DNA from: Candidatus Poribacteria bacterium
GTDB lineage: Bacteria > Poribacteria > WGA-4E > WGA-3G
Reading direction: 5' to 3'
Length of the DNA: 64,000 nucleotides
Assembly: GCA_965242965.1 (NCBI GenBank)
Contig: OZ251518.1
Coordinates: forward strand, 4,512,001 to 4,576,000
This document shows, piece by piece, positions 1 through 9,295 of this stretch. A model generated the notes under the pieces. The model ran no database searches and was not told the DNA's origin. It saw only the letters and a program-made list of their open reading frames with translations. Position numbers and translations under genes: made by a program. The first letter of the stretch is position 1, and every line of letters begins with the position of its first letter.

Positions 1-132
1 CGATCGTTGGATTGCGCGAACGATATCGAGACCAGGAGGTCTCTCCTACCCGAAGGCAATCGAGACCAGGAGGTCTCTCCTACGGGGATGCATCGAAACC
101 ATTTTGAAAACAACGAGTTAAGAAACACCCTC
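1..132. repeat. End of a REP mosaic: two GTAG-type REP hairpins plus a right terminal-inverted-repeat copy (AGAAACACCCTC)
   Basis: CGAGACCAGGAGGTCTCTCCTAC at ~27-49 and ~61-83; AAGAAACACCCTC at 120-132 matches the TIR seen at 5957-5973, 21160-21176 and 63662-63679. Confidence 0.8.
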
Positions 133-155
133 ATTTGATATAACGGAAAGGAATT

Positions 156-1928
156 ATGAGTTCTCGACTGAAAATCTTTATCAGTGCCTTCGTCTTTATC
201 AGCATCACGATTGCCTGCATCATCGGCGCACAGCAAGTTGATGAGGCAGAAGGACTCGTGTGGTATAGCGTCATCCCGCCGCTGCTCGCCGTCACATTAG
301 CCATCCTCACGGCACGATTTTTCTTGAGTCTCAGCGTCGCTGTCGGCGCGAGCATCGTGCTGAGTTGGGTGAAGCATTATCTGATGGCAGACGCGCCCAC
401 TGCCTCGCTGATTTCCAATCTTTTCGGCGAAGCCGTCTGGTTTGTCGGGAAGGTGGCACTGGACATGGAAAACATCTGGATGGCGATTTTTGTCTTCCTG
501 ATTTTGTCAATGATTTCGGTGGTGGTATCGTCCGGCGGCATGGGCGGCATTGTCATGTGGCTCTCTCGGTTCGCGACGGGGGCGCGTTCTACGCAAGTCG
601 TCACCGCTTTGATAGGCGTGTTTGTCTTTATCGGCGATTATACAAGCGCGATGTTGACGGGACCGAGTATGCGTCCGATGACAGATAGGTTTCGCGTCAG
701 CCGTGAAAAGTTGGCATACATCGTCGATTCTACGAGCGCGCCGATTACCGGGCTCGCCTTTGTCAGCACGTGGATAGGCGTAGAGGTAGGACTCTTCAGC
801 GATATTTCCACCGAACTACAACTCGGACGCGATGGGTATTCCATGTTTTTTGATGCGCTCGGGTTTCGGTTTTACTGCATCCTGACGATTATCTTCGTCA
901 TCATCAACGCAATCAGCGGCCGCGATTACGGTGCGATGCGCAAGGCATCAAACCGCGCGCGGGAGACAGGCGCGGTTGCCGCACCGAATGCCAAAATGCT
1001 CGGCGATCCTTCTTCTTTCACGAGCACGTCAAACGTCCACATGCAACCATTGTCCGCAATCTTACCACTCCTCACCTTGTTCACGATACTCTTGAGTGGG
1101 CTTTGGCTCACCGCCGTTTGGACGAGAGGTGAAGGAACAGGATTCATTTTTTCTCCTGCCGCGTGGCAAGCCGTGCTGGCGAACGTCAAAGCAGAGGGGA
1201 GAGAGCTCGGATTTATCCTCTCGCTTTCCGCATGGAGAAACGTGCTGACGACGCTGCAGACGGTGCAGATTCTACGGATGCTCGCCTGCGCAGCGTGCGG
1301 CTCACTCATCGTCGCAATTCTCTGCGCGCGCGGGTTATCAAAGCTACAATCTCTGGACATCCGCACCGCCGTTTTGGCGGGCCTCAAAGGGAGTCTTGTC
1401 CCCTTGGGAATTCTCGTCTTCGTCTGGGGTCTGAAAACCGGATGCAAGCGGTTGGAAACGGGACAATTCCTCGCGCTTATTCTTGAAGGGAAGGTGCCGG
1501 CATTGGTATTCCCAATGCTCGTTTTTGCAACAGGGGCTGCATGCTCTTTTGCTACCGGTTCCAGTTGGAGCACAATGGCGATTCTCATCCCCACCGCGAT
1601 TCCCGTGGCGTATGCGATGGATGGCAACACCTATGGGTTGACGACGCTGATATGTCTCGGTGCGACACTAGACGGTTCTATCTTCGGAGACCACTGCTCG
1701 CCGATTTCCGATACGACGGTTTTCAGCGCGATTGCCAGCAGCTGCGATCCGCTACACCACGTCCGAACGCAATTGCCTTATGCGATTACGGTTGCGTTCA
1801 TTGCGTTAGTGTGCGGCTATTTTCTCGCCGCGCTAGGCTTTTTCTCGCCGCTCTGCATTCTCATCGGCACAGGCGTGATTGCGCTGCTCTTTTTCGGTTT
1901 ATGTCGCCTGCGCGATGCGGCGGCATGA
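156..1928 (+). CDS. Na+/H+ antiporter NhaC family / ion-transporter superfamily membrane protein
   Basis: 590 aa, many TM helices; motifs SREKLAYIVDSTSAP, SFATGSSWST, GSIFGDHCSPISDTT, HVRTQLPYA. Confidence 0.88.
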   Translation: MSSRLKIFISAFVFISITIACIIGAQQVDEAEGLVWYSVIPPLLAVTLAILTARFFLSLSVAVGASIVLSWVKHYLMADAPTASLISNLFGEAVWFVGKVALDMENIWMAIFVFLILSMISVVVSSGGMGGIVMWLSRFATGARSTQVVTALIGVFVFIGDYTSAMLTGPSMRPMTDRFRVSREKLAYIVDSTSAPITGLAFVSTWIGVEVGLFSDISTELQLGRDGYSMFFDALGFRFYCILTIIFVIINAISGRDYGAMRKASNRARETGAVAAPNAKMLGDPSSFTSTSNVHMQPLSAILPLLTLFTILLSGLWLTAVWTRGEGTGFIFSPAAWQAVLANVKAEGRELGFILSLSAWRNVLTTLQTVQILRMLACAACGSLIVAILCARGLSKLQSLDIRTAVLAGLKGSLVPLGILVFVWGLKTGCKRLETGQFLALILEGKVPALVFPMLVFATGAACSFATGSSWSTMAILIPTAIPVAYAMDGNTYGLTTLICLGATLDGSIFGDHCSPISDTTVFSAIASSCDPLHHVRTQLPYAITVAFIALVCGYFLAALGFFSPLCILIGTGVIALLFFGLCRLRDAAA

Positions 1929-1947
1929 GTCGTGCAGCCGTTTTCGC

Positions 1948-2847
1948 CTATGAATTCCTATCGGGAAACCGTAGGAACCGCTTCGCAGTGCCGCCCATGA
2001 TGTCGGCTAACTCCGATGCCGCGAGATTCGGCAGCAACTTTTCGATGACGGTAGTGAGCGCGCCGTATCCCGGGTCTTCCAAAATCCACGGAAAATCGGT
2101 TGCCCACATCAGCCGCCTCGCACCGAAGTCCTTCAGCAGGCTTCGGTGCCACCCTGCTAAGTCTTGATAGGGAAAATCGGCGTTGCTAAACGCATATTGC
2201 CCGGAGAGATGCACGGTGACGTTCTCGAATCGCGCCAACCGATAGGTGGTGTGCATCGCGAGGTTGTAGCCGGTTACCTGAATGCGCGGCCGTCCCTTCT
2301 CATCCCAACTGAATTTGCCTTTCCCGGGAGTCATGCCGAGGTGGTTAAGGACAACCCGCACCTGCGGAAATTCTTGAATCAGATAGGGCAGCAGGTGGGC
2401 ATCGATGGCACGCGGATAGAGCCACAACACGTAATCCCGCTCCGCGGCGCACTGCCAGATGGGATACGTTTTAAACTCGCGCACATTCATTTTCGCAAAA
2501 ATATCCCGCGGCCCGCCTAGTTCAGAGAGCCGAAACCCGATGATGCCGGGATGGCTCGCTAATTCTGTCATAAACGCTGCAGGCGAAGGATGTGCCGGTG
2601 GGATAAGCCCGATGCCTAAAAACCGCTCCGGGTAAGCGCGCAAGCAGTGCAGCAGATACCGATGCTGTGCTAGACTCGTTCCGCCTATCTGAACGAGCAC
2701 CGCCTGCGAGATCTGGTGTTGTTCCATTTCCGCCAGTAGTTTTTCGACCGGTTCCTCGCGTTCAGCGGGACAAACCGGTGTGGTTTCGCGCGGAAATTCG
2801 GGGGTGACTTTTGTAAATACGTGCAGATGCGCATCAATTCGAGTCAT
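1948..2847 (-). CDS. Amidohydrolase_2 family metal-dependent hydrolase (lactonase-like)
   Basis: N-terminal IDAHLH, VLNHLG, C-terminal RLMWATDFPW. Confidence 0.88.
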   Translation of the reverse strand: MTRIDAHLHVFTKVTPEFPRETTPVCPAEREEPVEKLLAEMEQHQISQAVLVQIGGTSLAQHRYLLHCLRAYPERFLGIGLIPPAHPSPAAFMTELASHPGIIGFRLSELGGPRDIFAKMNVREFKTYPIWQCAAERDYVLWLYPRAIDAHLLPYLIQEFPQVRVVLNHLGMTPGKGKFSWDEKGRPRIQVTGYNLAMHTTYRLARFENVTVHLSGQYAFSNADFPYQDLAGWHRSLLKDFGARRLMWATDFPWILEDPGYGALTTVIEKLLPNLAASELADIMGGTAKRFLRFPDRNS

Positions 2848-2865
2848 TTTAGTTGATTCCTCTTA

Positions 2866-3446
2866 TTACGAAAAAAAACGGCACGTCATCGTAGGCTTGG
2901 GCCCTCGCATGCCACACGCGCAGGCGAGCGGGTTTCCCTCGCCATCGTTTTGCTGTCAGACTGCCTCACCTCTGTAGTTCAGGATCGCCTAATCCTGAAC
3001 TGTTTGTGATCTGGCGATCACAAACTACAGAGAGGGCGCGCGAAAAAAAACGGCACGTCATCGTAGGGCTTGGGCCCTCGGATGCCACACGCGCATCCGA
3101 GCGGGTTTCCCTCGCCATGCACGCGCACTCCAACGTTCGCGGGGGACAGGCCCCCGCGCTACGGGAAAAAAACGGCACGTCATCGTAGGGCTTGGGCCCT
3201 CGGATGCCACACGCGCATCCGAGCGGGTTTCCCTCGCCATGCACGCGCACTCCAACGCTCGCGGGGGACAGGCCCCCGCGCTACGATGAAAAAAACGCCA
3301 CCCCTGCACCGTAGGGCGAGAGCCTGTCCCTCGCCATGCTCCGGTCTGTCAAACGCTCGCGGGGGACAGGCCCCCGCGCTACGGGAACATCGAGACTAGA
3401 GGTCTCTCCTACCGGGAAGAATTCGAGACCAGGAGGTCTCTCCTAC
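2866..3446. repeat. Intergenic REP mosaic with ~3 tandem ~120-190 bp units
   Basis: Repeated AAAAAAACGGCACGTCATCGTAGGGCTTGGGCCCTCGGATGCCACACGCGCATCCGAGCGGGTTTCCC and GCGGGGGACAGGCCCCCGCGCTACG hairpins. Confidence 0.9.
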
Positions 3447-4156
3447 TGCAAACTGAACAACTGCCGTCGTGCAAGGGTGGTGCAATGCGCCGAGATAGCC
3501 GCGAACTGGTTTGGGCCGATGCGGCCCGGTGTGCGTTTCTCATAAATCAGGATAATCGATTTCCGCGGCACATCCGAATGGTTGTCCATAGACACATGCC
3601 ATCCGTAAGAGTTGAACATAATCGCCGTGCCGGCTTTACCGGGGAAAGTTTTGTGTCCCGGCATACTCTCTTGCCGCTGCGGGCGCGTATAAGGACCGGC
3701 GTTCGGCTTATGACTGCCAGGCACATAAGCAAATTCACCGCATCCCGATGGGACATCATTGACGTAGATTTGCACCTTAATATGCAGCGGGTTGCTCTGA
3801 GCAACATCCGGGTGCCATCCCGTGTAACTCACGGGCCACGGGGCCACCGTCCGGACTTGGGGTGCAAGCAGAATCAGTTCATCGTCTGTGAACTCCATCA
3901 ACGCGCCGTAATAGCTGGGATAGTCGACGATGTCAATGAAAACCGGGTCCTTCTCAAAAGGGTTTGGGATGTCGTAAAAGGTAGCGGCGGCTTCGCCAGC
4001 CTCAACCCTATCCAACCATTCCGCCTTGCCGGCATCAGCCCAGTAATCAAAGGCGGTTTGGAGTCGTTTCAAATCTTCGCCTTGAATTGCGTTTTCAAAG
4101 ACGAGGTATCCTTCGTTTTCCCATCGCGCTTTTTGCGCCGCATCCGGTCGAATCAT
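3443..4156 (-). CDS. Phytanoyl-CoA dioxygenase (PhyH) family 2-oxoglutarate/Fe(II) dioxygenase
   Basis: W-x-x-x-GYL start, HxD (WHPD), VPGSH, distal His (GWH) and Arg (PRKS). Confidence 0.9.
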   Translation of the reverse strand: MIRPDAAQKARWENEGYLVFENAIQGEDLKRLQTAFDYWADAGKAEWLDRVEAGEAAATFYDIPNPFEKDPVFIDIVDYPSYYGALMEFTDDELILLAPQVRTVAPWPVSYTGWHPDVAQSNPLHIKVQIYVNDVPSGCGEFAYVPGSHKPNAGPYTRPQRQESMPGHKTFPGKAGTAIMFNSYGWHVSMDNHSDVPRKSIILIYEKRTPGRIGPNQFAAISAHCTTLARRQLFSLQ

Positions 4157-4166
4157 GATGTGCCTC

Positions 4167-5210
4167 CTATTTTATTTTACCTCTGCCTGCAATTCGCCAG
4201 AACGTCTCAACGTTGTCACCACGCACCCCGGCGAGTTCCTCGTGGAGGTTGCTCGTCATACCTTGGTGTAGCGGAATAACGGATAGCCGTTCGCCGACCT
4301 GAAACCGATGCGAACATCCGCTGACATCGATGTGTCCATGCTCAACCGACATGCCATAAATCTTCGCATGGGGATGCTCAATGATATGGCCGTAAGGGTT
4401 CGGCGGGTAACTGGTAAACGTCTTTTGTCCACCATCAACGATAATCCTATCGGGTGTCGGCGTGCTGACGACGGTGACGATGACGCGAAGCGCGCACCGC
4501 TGCGGATGCAACATCTCCGAATTGCCGATGCGTGTCATGCCTTCGTAGACATAGGAGCCGCTGCGCGTCTCGGTGCAGCCGAGTTCTTTAGAGGCTTTCT
4601 CCGCGCCTGTGCCGCCGCCGCTGATAACGTTGATAGGGATGCCATCGCGCGTCAGGAGGGAGACTGTCTCGTCAAGGAACGGTTTCGCGCGCGGACTGCT
4701 CGGGTAAGTCATCACCCCTTGAAAATCAATTCCCGGCATTGCGACAACCTTCCGCGCGAGAGACTGCGCCTTTTGCGGCGAATCGACACCGCAACGTCCA
4801 CCGCCGGTATCCAATTCAATCAGCACCGGCACGACGCATCTGTCTGCGGCTGCTTGCTGAGAGATACCCGTCGCTGTCTCTTCGGAATCGAGTGCCACCG
4901 TAATGCGAGCGCGCCTCAGCAAGAATGTCAAGCGTTTTAGTTTCTGCATTCCGATGATATTGTAGGGAATAAGGATGTCGTCAATATCTGCCGCCACCAT
5001 CGCCTCTGCCTCGCCGAGTTTTTGGCAGGTAATCCCTTGTGAGCCCGCTGCGATTTGCATGCGCGCGATATCGGGCACCTTATGCGTTTTGGAATGCACG
5101 CGGAGTGGAATGCCGAGTTGTTTGCAATGCGCCGCCATCTCGTTGATATTACGTTCCAGCACGTCCAAATCGACGACGAGTGCCGGGGTATCCAAGTCTG
5201 TGATGTGCAT
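4167..5210 (-). CDS. PLP-dependent alanine-racemase-fold enzyme, D-threonine aldolase / D-serine dehydratase (DSD1) family
   Basis: LDTPALVVD, RVHSKTHK (PLP lysine), DTGGGRCG, SGGGT, DGGQK, SVEHG. Confidence 0.88.
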   Translation of the reverse strand: MHITDLDTPALVVDLDVLERNINEMAAHCKQLGIPLRVHSKTHKVPDIARMQIAAGSQGITCQKLGEAEAMVAADIDDILIPYNIIGMQKLKRLTFLLRRARITVALDSEETATGISQQAAADRCVVPVLIELDTGGGRCGVDSPQKAQSLARKVVAMPGIDFQGVMTYPSSPRAKPFLDETVSLLTRDGIPINVISGGGTGAEKASKELGCTETRSGSYVYEGMTRIGNSEMLHPQRCALRVIVTVVSTPTPDRIIVDGGQKTFTSYPPNPYGHIIEHPHAKIYGMSVEHGHIDVSGCSHRFQVGERLSVIPLHQGMTSNLHEELAGVRGDNVETFWRIAGRGKIK

Positions 5211-5271
5211 CTCTTTTCTCCCCAGAGGATGTTTAGGGTTAGTTTAGCATTGGATGGGATTTTTGTCAATT

Positions 5272-5420
5272 TTATTGAGCAGGATTTCCAGGATTGAGCA
5301 GGATTTACAAGATTATACGAGCAGGATTTACAAGATTATACGAGCAGGATTTACAAGATTTGGCAAGATTATTTTTTCTTGTAAATCTTGTGTAATCGTG
5401 ATAATTCTGCTCATGATGTG
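5272..5420. repeat. Short imperfect tandem repeats (GAGCAGGATTTACAAGATT) flanking the TIR element
   Basis: Four to five copies of (GA)GCAGGATTT(A/C)CAAGATT; reverse-complement AATCCTG copies at 5980-6070, 13350-13390 and 53520-53560. Confidence 0.8.
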
Positions 5421-5422
5421 GC

Positions 5423-5973
5423 GAGGGTGTTTCATATCTCGGTGGCTTCCCTGTAGGAGAGACCTCCCGGTCTCGATGCACGCGATGTCTTCCCTGTAGG
5501 AGAGACCTCCTGGTCTCGATGTGCCCGTAGCGCGGGGGACAGGCCCCCGCGAGCTCCATCGTCAAGGGGTGGCGTTTTAGGTCCTTTAGGTCCTACATGT
5601 CTATAGAAACACGTGTCGTGCCGTTTTCAAGGTCCTTTAGGTCCTTAATAAAAAACGCGCCGCATGTCAAAACCTATTAAGGACCTAAAGGACCTTCGCG
5701 TTCTTCGCGTTCGCGCGTGCTATAGACATTAAGGTCCTACGGACCTAAGAACCGTTTTTTCATCGTAGGGCGGGGCCCTCGGATGCCATCCGCGCATCCG
5801 AGCGGGTTTCCCCCGCGAGCGTTGGAGTGCGCGGACGATGGCGAGGGACAGGCCCTCGCCCTACGATGAACGGGGGTTTTCTGCCGCCGCGGCACAAGGC
5901 GGTGCGCCGCCCTATTGCATCGAGACCAGGAGGTCTCTCCTACCCGGAAAATATCAAGATATGAAACACCCTC
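5423..5973. mobile_element. Non-autonomous TIR-bounded element (MITE-like) filled with REP hairpins
   Basis: Perfect 17-bp terminal inverted repeat GAGGGTGTTTCATATCT ... AGATATGAAACACCCTC; interior is REPs and GGTCC/GGACC palindromes; no transposase; TSD not convincing here. Confidence 0.65.
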
Positions 5974-6084
5974 CATCATCTTGTAAATCTGGTATAATCT
6001 TGCAAATCCTGCTCATATTCTGGTATAATCTTGCAAATCCTGCTCATATTCTGCTCAAATCCTGCTCAAAGAACGTAAATCGCC

Positions 6085-6114
6085 TTGACAATAATAGTGC
6101 AATCACGTTATAAT
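6085..6114 (+). promoter_or_regulatory. Sigma70-type promoter
   Basis: TTGACA-18 nt-TATAAT directly upstream of the VWA gene. Confidence 0.7.
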
Positions 6115-6140
6115 GTTTTTTGAAAGGAATCATAACAACA

Positions 6141-8621
6141 ATGCGATTTACCTATTTTTGGCCCGCATGGGCAGTAGCACTCGGCATTCTCATCGCTATT
6201 GGCGTGACAACGTTCGTGTATCTGCGCATCGCTCGGCCGCTGCAACCGCGGCACACATTCTTACTGATTACACTGCGGATATGCGCCGTGGCGATGCTGC
6301 TCGGCTGCCTATTAGCACCTGTCACCATCGAAAAACGGGACATCACACCCCCGACGCATCTCGCCGTGTTAGTGGATACCTCGCAGAGCATGCAGTTGAC
6401 AGATGCAGGAAACGTGTCACGACTCAATCAAGTCAAGGAACTGCTATTTGGGGACAGCGATGGAGAAAACGCGACCCCTTTCCTTCACTCCCTTACTGAC
6501 AAGTTTGAGGTGCATGTCTATCCCTTTGGCACGGAACTTCACCCGATGGTGAGTCTGGAAGAGCAGGCGCAACGGTTCAAAACGGCAGATGCGCTCACCG
6601 ATATCGGGAATGCCATCAAGCAAGCAGATGCGGCGTGGAAGGGACAACAGCGCGCCGGTATCGTGCTTATCACCGATGGCGCGCATAACGCCGGGGCACT
6701 CCCTATGGAAGCACTCGTTGCGCTGCAAATCCCTGTCTATGCTATCGGCGTGGGTGCCGTGGAGCCGCCAAAGGATATCCAGATTCAGCTGATTGACACC
6801 ACCCCTGTCGCTTACACAGGACATGAACATCTTATCCGCGCCACCATTGCGCAAACCGGGTATACCGGCCAAACGACGCGGCTCGCGCTGCGAGAGGTGA
6901 AAAGTCAGCGGCTCGTCTCTTCAGCAACGCTGACGTTTGTAGAAGGTTCGCAACAGGTTGAATTCAGACTGACACCGGCGACAGTGGGAAATTTTCAGTA
7001 TACCCTCACATTGCCGACGCTTGAGGGCGAACTGACAGCGGAAAACAACGAAAAAACCTTCGCGCTCAAGGTAGTCAAGGCGAAGCTGAACGTCTTCTAT
7101 TTAGAGGGAAGACCGCGGTGGGAGTATACGTTCCTGAAACGCGCTTTGGAACGCGACCCGGATATTGAACTGACATCGGCACTTTTATCCAAGCGACCGG
7201 ATGCGGAATCGGTGCTAAATCGTTCTGGGGGGTATTATCCGGTGGTTTCTGGTGAGTCCGGGGCATGGCGAGGGACAGGCCCTCGCCCTACGGTGAAGGA
7301 GGCGGCAGCCGGGGCTCGGCGAGGGACAGGCCCTCGCCCTACGATGGGGGAGATAGAGGCTCGGCGAGGGACAGGCCCTCGCCCTACGGTGGATGAGGCG
7401 GCAGCCGGGGCTACGGCGGCGGTTATCCAGCGATTTCCTGAAACGCGCGAAGAACTCTCCAAATACGATGTGCTGATTTTCGGTGAACTAACGGCGGAAC
7501 ATCTGACCGCGGTGCAACAACGGCTCATCGTTGAGTTCGTGGAGACAGAGGGACGCGCGGTTATCTTTCTCCCGTCGCGGAACGCGCTTAGCAGGCATGG
7601 ACTCGGCACCACCGAACTCGCGCGGCTTTTGCCTGTCTCAATTCCTGTTACGGGCTGTGAGATGTCTGAAGCAGAGTTTAACGTGCAATTGACGCAAACC
7701 GGGACGTTTCATCCGATGCTGCAACTTTCTAGTGCAAACAAACTTGCGCTGAATCGGAACGCCGCGTTATGGCGCAATCTGCCTGCACTCTCGCGGCTTT
7801 TTCGCGGTTTTCAACTGAGAGGCGGCGCGTCTGTGCTTCTGGATAGCGGAAAAGGCGAACCGGTAATGATTTTTCAAAGGACAGGCTTGGGCAAAAGTCT
7901 CCTCTTCACAGCGGAGGGTTTATGGAATTGGGGTTTCGGCGTTTCAAACTTCAAGGATGCGCGGTATCTTACCCTCTATCCGCAGTTTTGGGCACAGGCA
8001 CTCCGATGGATGGGCACCACACACTCCGACGAAAATCGGCTATACCTCACGACAGATACATCGACTTACGCGACAGGCGACGCTGTCCAAGTAACTGCGC
8101 AGGTGTATTCTGAAACGTATCAGCCGCAAGCCGATGCAACGGTTCAGATTGAGGTGACACCGCCGGTGGGAGAACCGTTCCAGCTTCGGATGCGGACGGT
8201 TTATGGGGATATCAACGAACGCGAACGGGATACAGGAGAAAACGCTGAAGAGGGACGAGCAGGGGAAGAGAACCGATACACGGCGCAATTTGAGGTGTGG
8301 GAGAAAGGGAACTATCGCATCCGCGCCACGAGCGGGACTGGCAGCACAGATAGAACCGAAATCTACGTTCAACCGCAACTCGCCGAATTGGAGGCACCGC
8401 AGTTAAATGAGGCGTTACTCAAGCGGCTCGCATCGCGAACCGGGGGTGCCTATTTCGCCATCGCCGATGCAGCACAAGTGCCTGAAAACATCGCGATTAT
8501 CCAAGACCCGGTTTTTGTCGACACCGAACGCGATATCTGGGCGCATCCACTCGTCCTCATTCTCGTCGTTGGATTGCTCGGCACAGAGTGGTTATTACGC
8601 AAACGGAACGGACTGACATAA
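6141..8621 (+). CDS. Membrane protein with VWA domain, Ig-like domains and class I glutamine-amidotransferase-like domain; carries an in-frame REP insertion
   Basis: Two N-terminal TMs, MIDAS DTSQSM, TDIG, LITDG, EGRPRWEY, C-terminal EWLLRK TM; ATG 6141 preferred over TTG 6120 (AAGGA upstream). Confidence 0.8.
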   Translation: MRFTYFWPAWAVALGILIAIGVTTFVYLRIARPLQPRHTFLLITLRICAVAMLLGCLLAPVTIEKRDITPPTHLAVLVDTSQSMQLTDAGNVSRLNQVKELLFGDSDGENATPFLHSLTDKFEVHVYPFGTELHPMVSLEEQAQRFKTADALTDIGNAIKQADAAWKGQQRAGIVLITDGAHNAGALPMEALVALQIPVYAIGVGAVEPPKDIQIQLIDTTPVAYTGHEHLIRATIAQTGYTGQTTRLALREVKSQRLVSSATLTFVEGSQQVEFRLTPATVGNFQYTLTLPTLEGELTAENNEKTFALKVVKAKLNVFYLEGRPRWEYTFLKRALERDPDIELTSALLSKRPDAESVLNRSGGYYPVVSGESGAWRGTGPRPTVKEAAAGARRGTGPRPTMGEIEARRGTGPRPTVDEAAAGATAAVIQRFPETREELSKYDVLIFGELTAEHLTAVQQRLIVEFVETEGRAVIFLPSRNALSRHGLGTTELARLLPVSIPVTGCEMSEAEFNVQLTQTGTFHPMLQLSSANKLALNRNAALWRNLPALSRLFRGFQLRGGASVLLDSGKGEPVMIFQRTGLGKSLLFTAEGLWNWGFGVSNFKDARYLTLYPQFWAQALRWMGTTHSDENRLYLTTDTSTYATGDAVQVTAQVYSETYQPQADATVQIEVTPPVGEPFQLRMRTVYGDINERERDTGENAEEGRAGEENRYTAQFEVWEKGNYRIRATSGTGSTDRTEIYVQPQLAELEAPQLNEALLKRLASRTGGAYFAIADAAQVPENIAIIQDPVFVDTERDIWAHPLVLILVVGLLGTEWLLRKRNGLT

Positions 8622-9287
8622 ATGCACAAATTCGTTTATTCTATCATGATTTGCGCGGCGGTTCTGCTCTTGCAGAGTAGTTTATCCAGTGACGAACGGT
8701 TCACTATCGCGCAAGTTCAATATAGCGGCGGCGGAGATTGGTATGGCGATGCCACCGTCATCGGCAATTGGTTGCGGCTTCTTCGCGCGCGCACCGACAT
8801 TGAAACCGCTGAAGAACGGGTGATTCTGAAACTTACCCACCATGGGCTTTACGAATACCCGATGCTCTATCTCGTGGGACACGGGACTATCCGGCTGACC
8901 GAAAGCGAGGTGGAGGCACTTCGGCACTATCTGACGCACGGCGGTTTCCTCTTCGTCAACGATGACTACGGGTTGGACGAAAGTTTTCGGCGTGAAATGC
9001 GGCGCGTGTTCCCACAGCAGGAACTGGCCCCCATCCCGAACGCGCATCCGATTTACCACTGCTTCTACGATTTGCCGGGGCTCCCGAAAATTCATGAGCA
9101 TGATGGAGAACCAGCACAAGGGTTCGGGCTCTTCCACAATGGGCGCATGGTAGTTTACTACGTTTACAGTTCGGATATCGGCGATGGGCTTGAGGATGCA
9201 GATGTGCATCCAGAGGATACGCCGGAAGTGCGCGAACTCGCCGCGAAAATGGCGGTGAACATCGCTGTCTATGTGTTGACACATTAG
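8622..9287 (+). CDS. DUF4159 domain protein
   Basis: Signal peptide, YSGGGDWY, YPMLYLVGHG, LRHYLTHGGFLFVND, HPIYHCFY, AVNIAVYVLTH. Confidence 0.85.
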   Translation: MHKFVYSIMICAAVLLLQSSLSSDERFTIAQVQYSGGGDWYGDATVIGNWLRLLRARTDIETAEERVILKLTHHGLYEYPMLYLVGHGTIRLTESEVEALRHYLTHGGFLFVNDDYGLDESFRREMRRVFPQQELAPIPNAHPIYHCFYDLPGLPKIHEHDGEPAQGFGLFHNGRMVVYYVYSSDIGDGLEDADVHPEDTPEVRELAAKMAVNIAVYVLTH

Positions 9288-9295
9288 GAGTCAAA

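Noticed and set aside
2780-3545. Short ORFs over REP clusters (also 5254-6113, 12924-13217, 14165-14828, 20697-21404, 36324-37376, 63276-63598)
   Set aside because: They translate repeat DNA (RGTGPR, GGLSY, HRDQEVSPT) and lack RBS or domain motifs.
5272-5360. CRISPR-like short repeats
   Set aside because: Units are nearly contiguous with no unique spacers; they belong to the dispersed AATCCTG repeat family.
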